Shown here one piece after another: positions 30,037 through 40,110 of a stretch of 64,000 nt of DNA. The position numbers and the translations under genes were made by a program. The notes under the pieces were generated by a model. It was not told where the DNA came from. It saw only the letters and a list, made by a program, of their open reading frames with translations, and made no database searches. Origin of the DNA: Candidatus Melainabacteria bacterium 17Bon1m (GTDB taxonomy: Bacteria > Cyanobacteriota > Vampirovibrionia > Obscuribacterales > Obscuribacteraceae). The stretch's first letter is position 1. Each line of letters starts with the position of its first letter. The stretch lies in assembly GCA_032128875.1 (NCBI GenBank), contig JAVLKG010000006.1:224001-288000 (forward strand), read 5' to 3'.

Positions 30037-31242
30037 TTAATGCTCGGTTTGATCTTTCTGCGGATAGTCGCCGAGTTTGACTGTCGATGCTGTGAGCGCC
30101 CCGTTTCTCAAAACAAGGAAATCGACAGTGTCATCAACCTTGTGAGTACGGATTTGCTTTTGCACTTCTTTCGACGTCAAAACCTGTTTGCCGTCTACTT
30201 TCTCGATTACATCGCCGGCTGTCAGCCCACCGCGTGCCGCTGGTCCGTCCGGCTCGACTTTGGCGATTAGAACACCTTTGGTGTTGGCTGGAACGCCAAC
30301 AGCATGGGCGATTTTTTCATTCATGTCTTGCATGTAGATGCCGACATACGGGCGCTTGATAGTGCCGCCTACTACGAGCTGGTCAACAACTTCTTTTGCG
30401 ATATCGATTGGAATCGCAAATCCGATATTTTGACCGTCGCCACGGATTGCGGTGTTCAGCCCAATGACCTCACCCCTGATGTTCAAGAGCGGCCCGCCGG
30501 AGTTGCCCGGGTTAATCGCCGCGTCAGTCTGAATGAAATCAACGCTATTGATGTCGTTGAGCGAACGACCCAGCGCACTGATAATACCCATGGTCACCGA
30601 GTGGTCGAGCCCGAGTGGGCTGCCGATAGCGATTGCCCAGTCGCCTGGACGCAGATTTTTGCTGGTGCCTAATTTTGCGATCGGCAATCCTGTCGCTTCG
30701 ATTTTGACGAGGGCCAAGTCGGTGAAACTGTCGCGGCCGACAACTTTGCCCGAAAATTCGCGCTTGTCGTTAAGCGTGACTTTGATTTCGTCAGCCTGTC
30801 CGACCACGTGATTGTTGGTCAGGATGTATCCGTCTTGTCGGATGATTACGCCCGACCCGGAGCCGTGCTGTTGAAACTTTCTGGGCGCACCGTTTTGGTC
30901 TATACCGTTGCCGAAGAAAAACTGAAATGGTGAGTTAAAACCCACACTCGGCACTTGAATGTTTTTGCTGATGTCTATGTTGACTACGCTTTCGCTGGCT
31001 TTGCTTGCCATATCGGCAATAGTGTTTTCAGCCAGAGAAAGGAAAGCGCCCGTCGGAGCCTGTGATGTCGCAATCGGAGCGTGAGCGCTTGGCGTAGGCA
31101 GCCCTGCCGGCGTAGGCCAGAACTGATGACCTGCAAAAAACGCCGCGCTCAAAGCTATGCCTATCGCAATACCACCTATAAGGACTGGCATTGACGACCT
31201 TTTCGCTTCTTTGGTCGCTGGGGACGACGTTGTTTGTACCAT
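30037..31242 (-). CDS. HtrA/DegP-family serine protease with PDZ domain
   Basis: TNNHVV, DLAL, GNSGGP catalytic triad; N-terminal TM; one PDZ. Confidence 0.95.
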   Translation of the reverse strand: MVQTTSSPATKEAKRSSMPVLIGGIAIGIALSAAFFAGHQFWPTPAGLPTPSAHAPIATSQAPTGAFLSLAENTIADMASKASESVVNIDISKNIQVPSVGFNSPFQFFFGNGIDQNGAPRKFQQHGSGSGVIIRQDGYILTNNHVVGQADEIKVTLNDKREFSGKVVGRDSFTDLALVKIEATGLPIAKLGTSKNLRPGDWAIAIGSPLGLDHSVTMGIISALGRSLNDINSVDFIQTDAAINPGNSGGPLLNIRGEVIGLNTAIRGDGQNIGFAIPIDIAKEVVDQLVVGGTIKRPYVGIYMQDMNEKIAHAVGVPANTKGVLIAKVEPDGPAARGGLTAGDVIEKVDGKQVLTSKEVQKQIRTHKVDDTVDFLVLRNGALTASTVKLGDYPQKDQTEH

Positions 31243-31740
31243 CTCTCTACCTCTTATCTAATTCCGACCGGCATTTTGCCGGTCACTACCTCGTGGGGCT
31301 GATTTCAGTTTATGTATCCAATTGGTGCTTTACGCCGAAAACTCACTTTTCGTTAATCTAGCCGTTTGCGACGAGTTTTACCCCTTGGATATTCGTCTGT
31401 ATACGACTTTGTAAACACCGAGTGTTCACTTGCGTGGTTATGTTTCGGCTTTTGCTTCAAATGGGTGCCAAGTCCGGAAAGGTCCATCATATTGGCTTTT
31501 GCTGCGTTAACTGCTGTTCAGATGCACAACCTTAAACGCATTTTTACTGTAAGCACCGCAAAGTGCTTTTCCTTTCATCAGTCCTTAACCGTTCCATAAC
31601 CCCTAGAGACGAGAATTTCCTTCTGCAGTTCCGAAGGGGTAAGGGCAGGAATTTACCGGCGTTTCATCTACCTACTCGATTCGCCATCGTTTCAACCTTA
31701 CCCCTCAAGACTTGGTATCACTGATTTGGAGGCATCCACT

Positions 31741-31905
31741 ATGAGCGCAAGCTCTGGGATATTGTTGATTGATATGCTCGTCAGACCGTTTTTCAAAATC
31801 GGGATGAAGTTTCCAATCGTTTTGCTCATCATGCTTTCAGTTTTTTACGGATATATCGCGTATTTCGCGCTCAGATCCTCTTATGGTCAGATGACCGACT
31901 ATTAG
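31741..31905 (+). CDS. 54-aa membrane protein missed by the ORF track
   Basis: GGAGG RBS, then ATG 31741: MSASSGILLIDMLVRPFFKIGMKFPIVLLIMLSVFYGYIAYFALRSSYGQMTDY*. Confidence 0.6.
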   Translation: MSASSGILLIDMLVRPFFKIGMKFPIVLLIMLSVFYGYIAYFALRSSYGQMTDY

Positions 31906-32027
31906 AACGGGACAAAATCCAGGGTATATCGCTAAGGGCTCGCCGTCATTTCATGCATCGATGTCTTAGATGACAGAGAATGTTTGAAAGAGTGTCGAAA
32001 AGCTATTCGAGGTGCCCCGTTTTTCAA

Positions 32028-32987
32028 ATGTCAAATGCGACAGTAAAAGCAATAGCGACAGTTTTGTTGGCGTCTTGCACAGTTGCGTTCGCTCAAACTG
32101 CATCTGCTAAAGATGAGTTGAGTATCGCCGAAGCAAAACAATACATGCTTTCTTTGATAAACAGAGACCGGAAGTCTCAGGGATTGAAGGAAGTTGTTAG
32201 CGATGAAATTGCAGAACGCGCGGGAAATCTTCATTCCGACGAGATGGCGAAGTTCGGCTTCTTGAGCCATTGGGACACCGCCGGGCGAAAACCTGATCAG
32301 CGATATTGCGAAGCTGGTGGCACCGGTTTTGTCATGGAAAATGGTCACATTGAATTTAATGGATATGCAGATGATTCCGCAGGCGGAAGCGCCGAGTTTA
32401 AAGTCGATCCGTCGGCAACAATCTCCAAGCGAGACATAGAAGATATTCAGTCCGGTTTTTTCAACGAACAACCGCCCAACGATGGGCATCGGCGCAACAT
32501 ACTTGATCCGGATCACACCAAAGTCGGCATTGGACTTTCAGTGGCGAAGAAGGGTGATTCATTCAGACTTGCTTGTGCGCAGGAATTTATTCACAGCTAC
32601 GGCAAGGTCGAGAGCAAGCCGCAATCCATAAAATTGGGCGAGAGTTTTACTATCACGGGAAGCTTAGATCCCGGGCTCAGACTTTCTTCTGTGGATCTCT
32701 TTTGGGAAGAACTTCCGCGTCCGATGACCATCAAACAGCTTGATGAAACGCACAGTTATGGTCCACCACAAACGCGGGTCAATACTTACTTTCCAAACAC
32801 CCCTGCGGCGCAAGAGCATTTGACAATAAGCGAAAGCGCTGGACGACAAGACTTCAGTTGCACTTTTGAAACGGACAAAGCTACGTGGAAACCTGGGCTT
32901 TATTATGTTTATGTCTGGACAAGAACCCCAGACGCGAGCCGTGTAAAACCTCTGGTTGTGGCGTCCAAAACGATCGAAGTCCGCTAA
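32028..32987 (+). CDS. Secreted CAP/SCP domain protein
   Basis: LINRDR...HSDEMA..FLSH...EN...GHRRNIL...VGIG; signal peptide from MSNATVK (ORF track start 31980). Confidence 0.88.
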   Translation: MSNATVKAIATVLLASCTVAFAQTASAKDELSIAEAKQYMLSLINRDRKSQGLKEVVSDEIAERAGNLHSDEMAKFGFLSHWDTAGRKPDQRYCEAGGTGFVMENGHIEFNGYADDSAGGSAEFKVDPSATISKRDIEDIQSGFFNEQPPNDGHRRNILDPDHTKVGIGLSVAKKGDSFRLACAQEFIHSYGKVESKPQSIKLGESFTITGSLDPGLRLSSVDLFWEELPRPMTIKQLDETHSYGPPQTRVNTYFPNTPAAQEHLTISESAGRQDFSCTFETDKATWKPGLYYVYVWTRTPDASRVKPLVVASKTIEVR

Positions 32988-34353
32988 GATAATTTCGTCG
33001 CGCCCATTGGATTTTGCTGTGTCCTTCAAGCAAAAAATGATTATCGTAATTGCCTGTGTCATATGCGGCATTGCGATAGCGACAGGTGTTGTTTTTTATT
33101 TGAAACAGCATGACATCGTTTGGCAAAAGGCTTGTGAGGAAGGACTTAAAGAACGCGAACAGTGTAATTTTCAATCCGCCGAAAAACATTTGCTGGTGGC
33201 ATGCGCTAATGCGGAAAGTTTTCCACTAACTGACGTGCGGCGTTATTCGAGCAATCTTGCCCTTGCGGAGTTATATATCGCGACAGGCAGTTTCTCAAAG
33301 GCTGATACTTACTTGGAAAAGGCAAGAGTATCCGCTGAGTTGCAGAACGATGTTGAGCACAAACTGAAGGTCCTTGGACTGCGTGCAGATATGCTTTGTC
33401 GTGAAGCTCGATTCGATGATGCTCGTATTATCTACAAAGAGATGTCCGATCTGGCTCGGAAGACTCATCAGACATCATTTGAGATGGATGCTTTGCTCGG
33501 TCAGGCAAAGCTCGATCTTTTGTATTTGAGGCGAAATGAGAGCGAAGAAGCCATTGAACAAATTGACAGTCTTACCTCTGCACTGGAGGAGAAGACGGAA
33601 TATGGAGTCGTGCTGTCTATATACACCGCTCTGCTTGCTGAGTTGAAAGGTCGATACAAAACGGCTTTGATGCTGTTTGAAGATGCAAATCATGTGGTGC
33701 AAAATCGGGAAAAACCTTCTTCTTCATTGAAACTTTTACTCGGCAATAACTGCGCTACCTATTATTTGCATGCACGCAATTCAGTGCGCGCACGTAATCT
33801 TGCTGTGCGTGTTTTCGACAACTGCGATAAGGACTTCGCCTCTTATTTCGACGCACACGCATTACATGCTTTGCGAAATCTTTCAAGTATCTATCTTGAG
33901 GAAAATGAGTTGCGCCGTGCGAGGCAATTTATCGAGAAGGAAGTGGAGGCGGTAGGCATGCGCCTTTCGCACAATCATCCATATTATGGCGTCGCGTTAG
34001 AACACAGAGCTGTTCTGGAAAGTCGTGAGGGAAAAACAGATGAAGCCGCTCGCGATTTCAAAGCCGCGCAGGATATTTTTGTAAAAACGTTCGGTGAGAA
34101 AAACAGATTTAGCGCCGATACTTTGGCAGACATAGCGAAGGTGGAAATCGAGAAGAAAAACTTCGATGCGGCCTCAATTCCATGCAAGGAAGCGCTTGCG
34201 ATCTATAAGGCGATACTCCCTTATGATCACCCGTCTGCGTTGAAAGCCACTCTTTTGCTTTCCATGATCTACAAGGAACAAGGAAAACAAATAATGGCTC
34301 ACACGCTTGAGGTTGAAGCATCGCAAGGACTCAGCGCCGCCGACGGTAAATGA
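32956..34353 (+). CDS. Membrane-anchored TPR protein
   Basis: N-terminal TM; kinesin-light-chain-like TPRs (NHPYYG, DHPSAL); real start may be near 33020-33038. Confidence 0.8.
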   Translation: MWRPKRSKSAKIISSRPLDFAVSFKQKMIIVIACVICGIAIATGVVFYLKQHDIVWQKACEEGLKEREQCNFQSAEKHLLVACANAESFPLTDVRRYSSNLALAELYIATGSFSKADTYLEKARVSAELQNDVEHKLKVLGLRADMLCREARFDDARIIYKEMSDLARKTHQTSFEMDALLGQAKLDLLYLRRNESEEAIEQIDSLTSALEEKTEYGVVLSIYTALLAELKGRYKTALMLFEDANHVVQNREKPSSSLKLLLGNNCATYYLHARNSVRARNLAVRVFDNCDKDFASYFDAHALHALRNLSSIYLEENELRRARQFIEKEVEAVGMRLSHNHPYYGVALEHRAVLESREGKTDEAARDFKAAQDIFVKTFGEKNRFSADTLADIAKVEIEKKNFDAASIPCKEALAIYKAILPYDHPSALKATLLLSMIYKEQGKQIMAHTLEVEASQGLSAADGK

Positions 34354-34435
34354 TGTCTCTTGCGATTTCGTAGATTGCAACGTGCTTCCCGTGAGTGCGC
34401 TTGCCGTGAACACGCCCACATAGAACGCGCTAACT

Positions 34436-35224
34436 TCAGTTGGGTGAGCCACCCGGGACGTCTGTTGGTATGCCTGCTGGACCACTACCACCCGGAGCAT
34501 CTCCTGGACCACCACCCGGAAATCCGCCGGGGGCTCCACCAGGAACGCCACCAGGAACGCCACCAGGTGCGCCACCCTGTGCTCCTCCGCCCCAATTACC
34601 GCCGCCGCGTCGCCGATGTCCTCCGCCCATTTTGCCTAACTGTTCGCGCATCTGGCTTCTTTCTGATTCATCTATCTTGCCGTCGTGGTTGGCGTCAAAG
34701 CGTTGCATCATTTTCTGCCTTCGCTGCTGACGTTGTTCGTCAGTCATGCCTCCCATTCTTCCGCCCATGCTACCGGCGCCCATTCCGGCACCAGGCATTC
34801 CGGCACCAGGCATTCCAGCCTGCGCTCCTGCTCCATTCGGCCCGCCGTTAAACCCGCCGCTGCCATCCATTCCCATGCGACGACCGCCTCGACGTCCACC
34901 TGCGCCATCCATCCCCATCTCTTTCATTTTTGCTTCTCGTGCGGCTCGCATTTGAGCTCGCTCAGAGTCATCTAGGGTTCCATCATGGTTGGCGTCAAAC
35001 TTTTGAAGCATGCGTTGCTGTCTTTGTTCGCGCTTTTGTCCCATATCTTGACCACCGCCAAATCGGCGCCCACCGCGCCCGCCTACATCAGGCGCCGCTT
35101 GCGGCATCGAGCCTGCTCCGGGATCGGCACCGCCTCCAGGCGTCGTTTGGGCATTGGCAGCGGTGAAGAGCCCGGAAGACAGCAAGAATGAAGCAGCCAT
35201 CAAAAAGGTGTATTTGGTTTTCAT
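34436..35224 (-). CDS. Secreted Gly/Met-rich protein with two EF-hand-like repeats
   Basis: Signal peptide; QKFDANHDGTLDDSER and QRFDANHDGKIDESER. Confidence 0.8.
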   Translation of the reverse strand: MKTKYTFLMAASFLLSSGLFTAANAQTTPGGGADPGAGSMPQAAPDVGGRGGRRFGGGQDMGQKREQRQQRMLQKFDANHDGTLDDSERAQMRAAREAKMKEMGMDGAGGRRGGRRMGMDGSGGFNGGPNGAGAQAGMPGAGMPGAGMGAGSMGGRMGGMTDEQRQQRRQKMMQRFDANHDGKIDESERSQMREQLGKMGGGHRRRGGGNWGGGAQGGAPGGVPGGVPGGAPGGFPGGGPGDAPGGSGPAGIPTDVPGGSPN

Positions 35225-35415
35225 AAGGTACCTATGGTTTCGGCAGTCATATTGTTAAAGACGTAGCTTGCCGAAAAAAAGTTCAAAGGAAAGGGCAGCT
35301 TTTCGAGGAAATTTTTTCCATCTACTTAAAGGAATTGCCCTGACGCTGGATCCGAAAAGCAAATGCCCGACTTCGTAAAGCCGGGCATAAGAATTTCGAT
35401 TTCCAGGTTGGCAGG

Positions 35416-36012
35416 TTATCTTGAGTAGTACTCGATAACGAGGCTTTCTTGGAAGGATTGGTCGAGTTGGTCGCGCTCTGGCTTCATCAACACTTTTGCC
35501 GTCAAAGCTTTGACGTCGGTGCTGATCCACTCTGGGCAAACGCTCACCAGTCCGGCTTGCATGCCTTTGACCTTGTCTTTGCTGCTTTCCTTGACGGAAA
35601 TCACTTGACCCGGCTTGAGGCGCATCGAGGCGATAGATGCCTTATGACCATCAACCAGAATGTGCCCGTGTGAGATGAGCTGGCGAGCTTGCGGTCTGCT
35701 AGCTACCAGTCCCGAACGGAACAAAATGTTGTCGAGGCGCGATTCCAAAATTTGCAGCATAACCGTGCCGGTTACGCCTTTCTTGGAGGCTGCTTCGCTG
35801 AAATAATTGAAGAACTGCTTTTCGGAGACGTCGTACGTCCAACGAATTTTTTGCTTCTCGAGCAAGTGTGTGGCGTACTCAGAACGCTTCTTGCGGTCGC
35901 CGCCATGCTGACCCGGTGGGTTCGGCTTTCTGGCGATTGCACATTTGATGCGGCCGCATACACTGGCACCGACTGCTCGGCAACGTTTACATCTGGATCC
36001 AATGTATCTCAA
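35416..36012 (-). CDS. rpsD: 30S ribosomal protein S4 (four-Cys form)
   Basis: PGQHG, SEYA..L.EKQK, LESRLDN, ARQLISHGH, VIEYYSR; TTG start with AGGAG RBS. Confidence 0.97.
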   Translation of the reverse strand: MRYIGSRCKRCRAVGASVCGRIKCAIARKPNPPGQHGGDRKKRSEYATHLLEKQKIRWTYDVSEKQFFNYFSEAASKKGVTGTVMLQILESRLDNILFRSGLVASRPQARQLISHGHILVDGHKASIASMRLKPGQVISVKESSKDKVKGMQAGLVSVCPEWISTDVKALTAKVLMKPERDQLDQSFQESLVIEYYSR

Positions 36013-36406
36013 ACTACCCTTCTCCTATCAAAAATCGTCAAAACTAAGTTGTGCTGCGAAAACCAAACAGGGCAGCCGCTCCCTCGCATACTCTCAGCTG
36101 GAGAATGCACGTTGGGCACCGCAGCGCAGCCAAATACACGCGCTTTCAGTGCTCGTATATGTTAGCAGACGGGAAAGAATACCAGTCATAGGTATATAAA
36201 CGCTTTATAGTTACTGCGCGCCTTTGTGGGTGGAGTTGGCGAGTAGCGCCTGAAAGCCTTGCCTGCACTGCCATAGCAGACGCCATTAATTTTACTTAGT
36301 TAGGACCTCTTCGCAAACAAGCGCAATCTTTCGCCGCTCCCCTGCCCCGCAAAGCGTGTTTCTCTTTGCATCCCGGCAAGGTGGCTCAGCCCAACTCTGA
36401 AAACCA

Positions 36407-39082
36407 TCACTCGCTAGCTTGCTCACGTTTTTCCGCGGTCGAAAGTTGTACCTTTTCCTGTTTTGCAGTTTTCGCAAATGGCAGAGTGACTCTAAATGTC
36501 GTGACGGTGTCTTCGCTGCTTTCGCATTCGATTGTTCCTCCATGAGCGTCGACGATTCGCTTGCACAGGTAAAGTCCGAGACCGGTGTTTGCGACAAATC
36601 GCTTGCCCGGCTGCCCGCGCCAGAATTTGTCGAAGAGCCTCTTGCGAGAATCTTCGTCTATATAGCTGCCTGTGTTGACGACTTCCAAAACCAGATCGTC
36701 GCCATCCTCTTCTTGCCTTATCTGCACGCTGCTTCCTTCGGCACCGTATTTGATGGCATTGTCGATTAAGTGAGTGAGTAACAGCCGCATAGCTTTTTCA
36801 TCTGCTGTTACTTTCTGCATAGATTCTTCAGCGGTACATCGCACTGTGATCTTCTTTTCCTCTGCGGCTTTCGCGAAGTTAGCAACAACTTCATTGACCA
36901 AATTCTTCGAATCGACATTCGAGAATTCCAAATCTTTGCCGCCGGATTCATAGCGGTAAATTTCCAGAAGGCAATCAGTTATATTTAGGAGAAACTTATT
37001 GCGGTCTTGAATTTGTCCGATGAGAGTACGGATATCGTCAGGAACCTCGCCGAGTTTTCCATCCAAGAGCATCTCGAATACGCGACTTGAGCCGAGTAGT
37101 GGCACCTGCATATCATGCGCGAGCGTGGACATGAAGTCGCGAGTCTGTTGAGCTTTTTGCTGTTGCAAGGCTAGCATCTCGGCTCGTTTTCGCTCGGAAA
37201 CACCTGTGAGAATTCCTCTGACTCTGGTGGTGAGTTCTTTTGGGTGAAACGGCTTGAAGAGGTATTCGTCTGCTCCTGATTCCCAGCCCTTAATGAGAGA
37301 TTCGCGGTTGGTGAGCGCGGTTAGAAGAACAACAGGAGTCGACTTTAAAACGGGGTCTGATTTGATTTCTTTGCAAAGTGTCAATCCGTCGATTTCGGGC
37401 ATCATAATGTCGCTGATGATCAAGTCCGGCGCGATTGCTTTCATCTTGTCCAGCGCTTCTTGCCCGTCTTTTGCTATGAGCACACGACAAAAAGATTCTA
37501 GTACTGATTCGATGTACGCAGCAAGTTCGGTGTTGTCTTCCGCAACTAGAACAGTTGGCTTGTGGTCATCTTTCGTGCGCTTAGCGCTTTCGTTTAATCC
37601 ATATTGCGGCACCATTGTTTTTCTGGCGACACTGCTGTCCTTTTGTTTGGCTCCTGCAGCGTCTTTGCCGATGAAAGTGACTGAAAACTGGCTGCCCACG
37701 CCGAGTTTGCTCTCAACGGAAACATCTCCGCCAAGCAATCTCGCGAATTCGACAACAAGTGCCAGCCCCAGACCAGCACCCTCGAATCGCCTGGTGGATG
37801 GTGCTTCCGCTTGCCTGAAACGTTGGAAAATCAGTTCGATATCGGATTCTGGAATACCAATGCCTGTGTCTTTGACAGAAACAACCCACTGATCGCCCTG
37901 AACTTTTGCCAGGCTGACTGTGACAATGCCGTTGATTTGTGTGAATTTGACAGCGTTGGAAACAAGATTGAACAATATACGTTCATACAGATAGCGATCG
38001 ATTTCGATTAAGCTCGATGTTTCCGGCAAGTTAGAGACGATCGTCAATTGCTTCTGTTTTAGCGCCGGAGTGAAGTCCGCCAGAATCGATTTAGTCAAAG
38101 TGACAACGTCTGTAGGCTCAGGACGCATCTCGATTTTTCCTGCCTCTAGTCTAGAAAAATCAAGCAGCCCCGTGATCAACTGGAGCAATCTGACCGTGTT
38201 GTTGTGCATGGTCTTGAGGTGCTCGGTTTGCTCGTCAGTGAGCGCGCCGGCGTCTCCAGCCAATATTGATTCAATTGGGGCGAGAATGAGCGTGAGCGGT
38301 GTGCGCAACTCATGCGAAACCGTAGCGACGAACTCACTCTTCATCCTTTCAGACTCAATGAGCTTCTCATTCAATTTGCTCAATTCTTCAGCGCGTTTTG
38401 CGACTTCATCTTCAATCTGTCGACGATACGCAATGCCTGAATACATGCGTCGCACCAGGTAGAAAAAACCACAAAAGACGAAGGCGCCAAGCAGCGCAAA
38501 TCCCCATGCTGTTTGTGAGAATACATTGTGAGATTCAGTTAGTTGTCCCTGAATCAATTCTTGCTGGTTGACTTCAAGGCGTTCAATCAAGGTCTGCAAA
38601 ATGGCGCCATCGCCGGATTTGTCATATTCCTGCAATTTTGCCAGGGCGCTATCTAAGCCTTTCGTACTGCGCTCATGAATCACGCTCAGCAAATGCGTTA
38701 CGCGTTTGACACTAATTTCGTTCAAGCGCAATAAATTTCTGCGCTCATACCAATCCGGCACGTCGTTATAGAGCGTTTGCAAGTGCACGGGAATGCTCGA
38801 GGCAGCCATGTTGAACTCATTGGAATAGGCTTCCTTTGGCTCAAGCAGGTATGCGCGTGTGAGCGACTCTGTTTTGACGATCTCTTCGCGTGTGGCGCGC
38901 AGTTCTTCCAAATAACTGTGTCTTTTCTGAAGAGTTTTTGCAGCATCTTCCGAGCTGGAAGAAAGAAAGAAAAATGCGCCAAACATGAAAGTGGCAAGCC
39001 CCAGCAGAATGCCGAAGCCAGTGGTCAGTTGTGTCTCCATCGACAAACTGCTCGCTATTCCGGCTTTCTTCTCAGAACTCAC
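36407..39082 (-). CDS. Hybrid sensor kinase: CHASE3-like, HisKA-HATPase, REC, second HisKA-HATPase
   Basis: Two TMs; SHELRTPL; NLVSNAVKF; DIMMP; AHDMQVPL; DNAIKY; GLGL twice. Confidence 0.92.
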   Translation of the reverse strand: MSSEKKAGIASSLSMETQLTTGFGILLGLATFMFGAFFFLSSSSEDAAKTLQKRHSYLEELRATREEIVKTESLTRAYLLEPKEAYSNEFNMAASSIPVHLQTLYNDVPDWYERRNLLRLNEISVKRVTHLLSVIHERSTKGLDSALAKLQEYDKSGDGAILQTLIERLEVNQQELIQGQLTESHNVFSQTAWGFALLGAFVFCGFFYLVRRMYSGIAYRRQIEDEVAKRAEELSKLNEKLIESERMKSEFVATVSHELRTPLTLILAPIESILAGDAGALTDEQTEHLKTMHNNTVRLLQLITGLLDFSRLEAGKIEMRPEPTDVVTLTKSILADFTPALKQKQLTIVSNLPETSSLIEIDRYLYERILFNLVSNAVKFTQINGIVTVSLAKVQGDQWVVSVKDTGIGIPESDIELIFQRFRQAEAPSTRRFEGAGLGLALVVEFARLLGGDVSVESKLGVGSQFSVTFIGKDAAGAKQKDSSVARKTMVPQYGLNESAKRTKDDHKPTVLVAEDNTELAAYIESVLESFCRVLIAKDGQEALDKMKAIAPDLIISDIMMPEIDGLTLCKEIKSDPVLKSTPVVLLTALTNRESLIKGWESGADEYLFKPFHPKELTTRVRGILTGVSERKRAEMLALQQQKAQQTRDFMSTLAHDMQVPLLGSSRVFEMLLDGKLGEVPDDIRTLIGQIQDRNKFLLNITDCLLEIYRYESGGKDLEFSNVDSKNLVNEVVANFAKAAEEKKITVRCTAEESMQKVTADEKAMRLLLTHLIDNAIKYGAEGSSVQIRQEEDGDDLVLEVVNTGSYIDEDSRKRLFDKFWRGQPGKRFVANTGLGLYLCKRIVDAHGGTIECESSEDTVTTFRVTLPFAKTAKQEKVQLSTAEKREQASE

Positions 39083-39200
39083 TTCATTTACTACTAAGCA
39101 TAGGTACTAATAGCTTCGCTGTTCCCCAAATAAGTGTCTCGATAACTGAAAGAGTCTGATAGGTGCCTTCTCAGACGATAATTCCACCCTTCGGGGGATG

Positions 39201-40025
39201 CTATTGTCCGTTTGTCGCCGCAGACGCCGCATTGACCGATTTAATGATTTCGCCGTATCCTGCCCAGGAGTCCTTAATGCTATAAAGCCCGGTGCTGTAG
39301 GTCCGCGCAGATTCTTGGGTTCTTTTCTCCATAGCTTTCACGACCGGAATTTTGTCCAGCTCTTTCTTCGCTTCTTCCGATCCTTGCAGTGCGGCTTCTC
39401 TCAGCCAAATCTCTGCGTGCCTGACGTCTTTCCTTGCCCAGGTTTCGTCCATGTACAGCAAGCCCAGGCGCAGTTGCGCGTTTCTTTCGCCATGCTGGGC
39501 AGCTTTCAACAACCAATGTTCTGCTTTGTCCAAATCCTTTTCTACGTATCTGCCCTCAGCGTAGAGGTGACCCAAGTAGCTTTCCGCTTCCCGAAGTCCG
39601 TGCCCGGCAGCCTTCTCCAGCCAGTAAATAGCTACCTTTATATCTTTCTCGACGCCCAGTCCAGTTTGGTACAGCATTCCCAAAACTGTTTGAGCCTTAG
39701 GATGACCTTTTACAGCTAATACTCTGGCTCTTTCGGCTGCCAGTTTGAATCTTCGATGGACTATGTGGTGGTGAACTTCATGGAAGGCGTCCGGCTGTTC
39801 AGCCTTTAGAGATTCGTGCGTACTTTTTTTGTGTTCTGAACTCTTGCTGGGCTCAGCGTTTGCAGGAAGGCTGTGAGAAAAACAGAGGACAGCCGCGCCG
39901 GCGGTTATTAGAGCAATTGTGCGGTTAAGGCACGGCGTCGACCCTACATCAGTTAACGAGTACTCCTGGCCGAACAGTTTCGGCAGCACATTCTGATTTT
40001 TGTCGGTCTGAAGGAACATTGGCAC
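39201..40025 (-). CDS. Sel1-repeat secreted protein
   Basis: AQTVLGMLYQTGLGVEKD..A..WL.KAA repeated; start uncertain. Confidence 0.85.
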   Translation of the reverse strand: MPMFLQTDKNQNVLPKLFGQEYSLTDVGSTPCLNRTIALITAGAAVLCFSHSLPANAEPSKSSEHKKSTHESLKAEQPDAFHEVHHHIVHRRFKLAAERARVLAVKGHPKAQTVLGMLYQTGLGVEKDIKVAIYWLEKAAGHGLREAESYLGHLYAEGRYVEKDLDKAEHWLLKAAQHGERNAQLRLGLLYMDETWARKDVRHAEIWLREAALQGSEEAKKELDKIPVVKAMEKRTQESARTYSTGLYSIKDSWAGYGEIIKSVNAASAATNGQ

Positions 40026-40110
40026 TTCGGGCTAAAGTTATACGTGCCAATAGTTTACAGGAACCTATAACAGAGAATCCTTGCCTTGCTCATCGTCTAA
40101 ACAACTGTAA

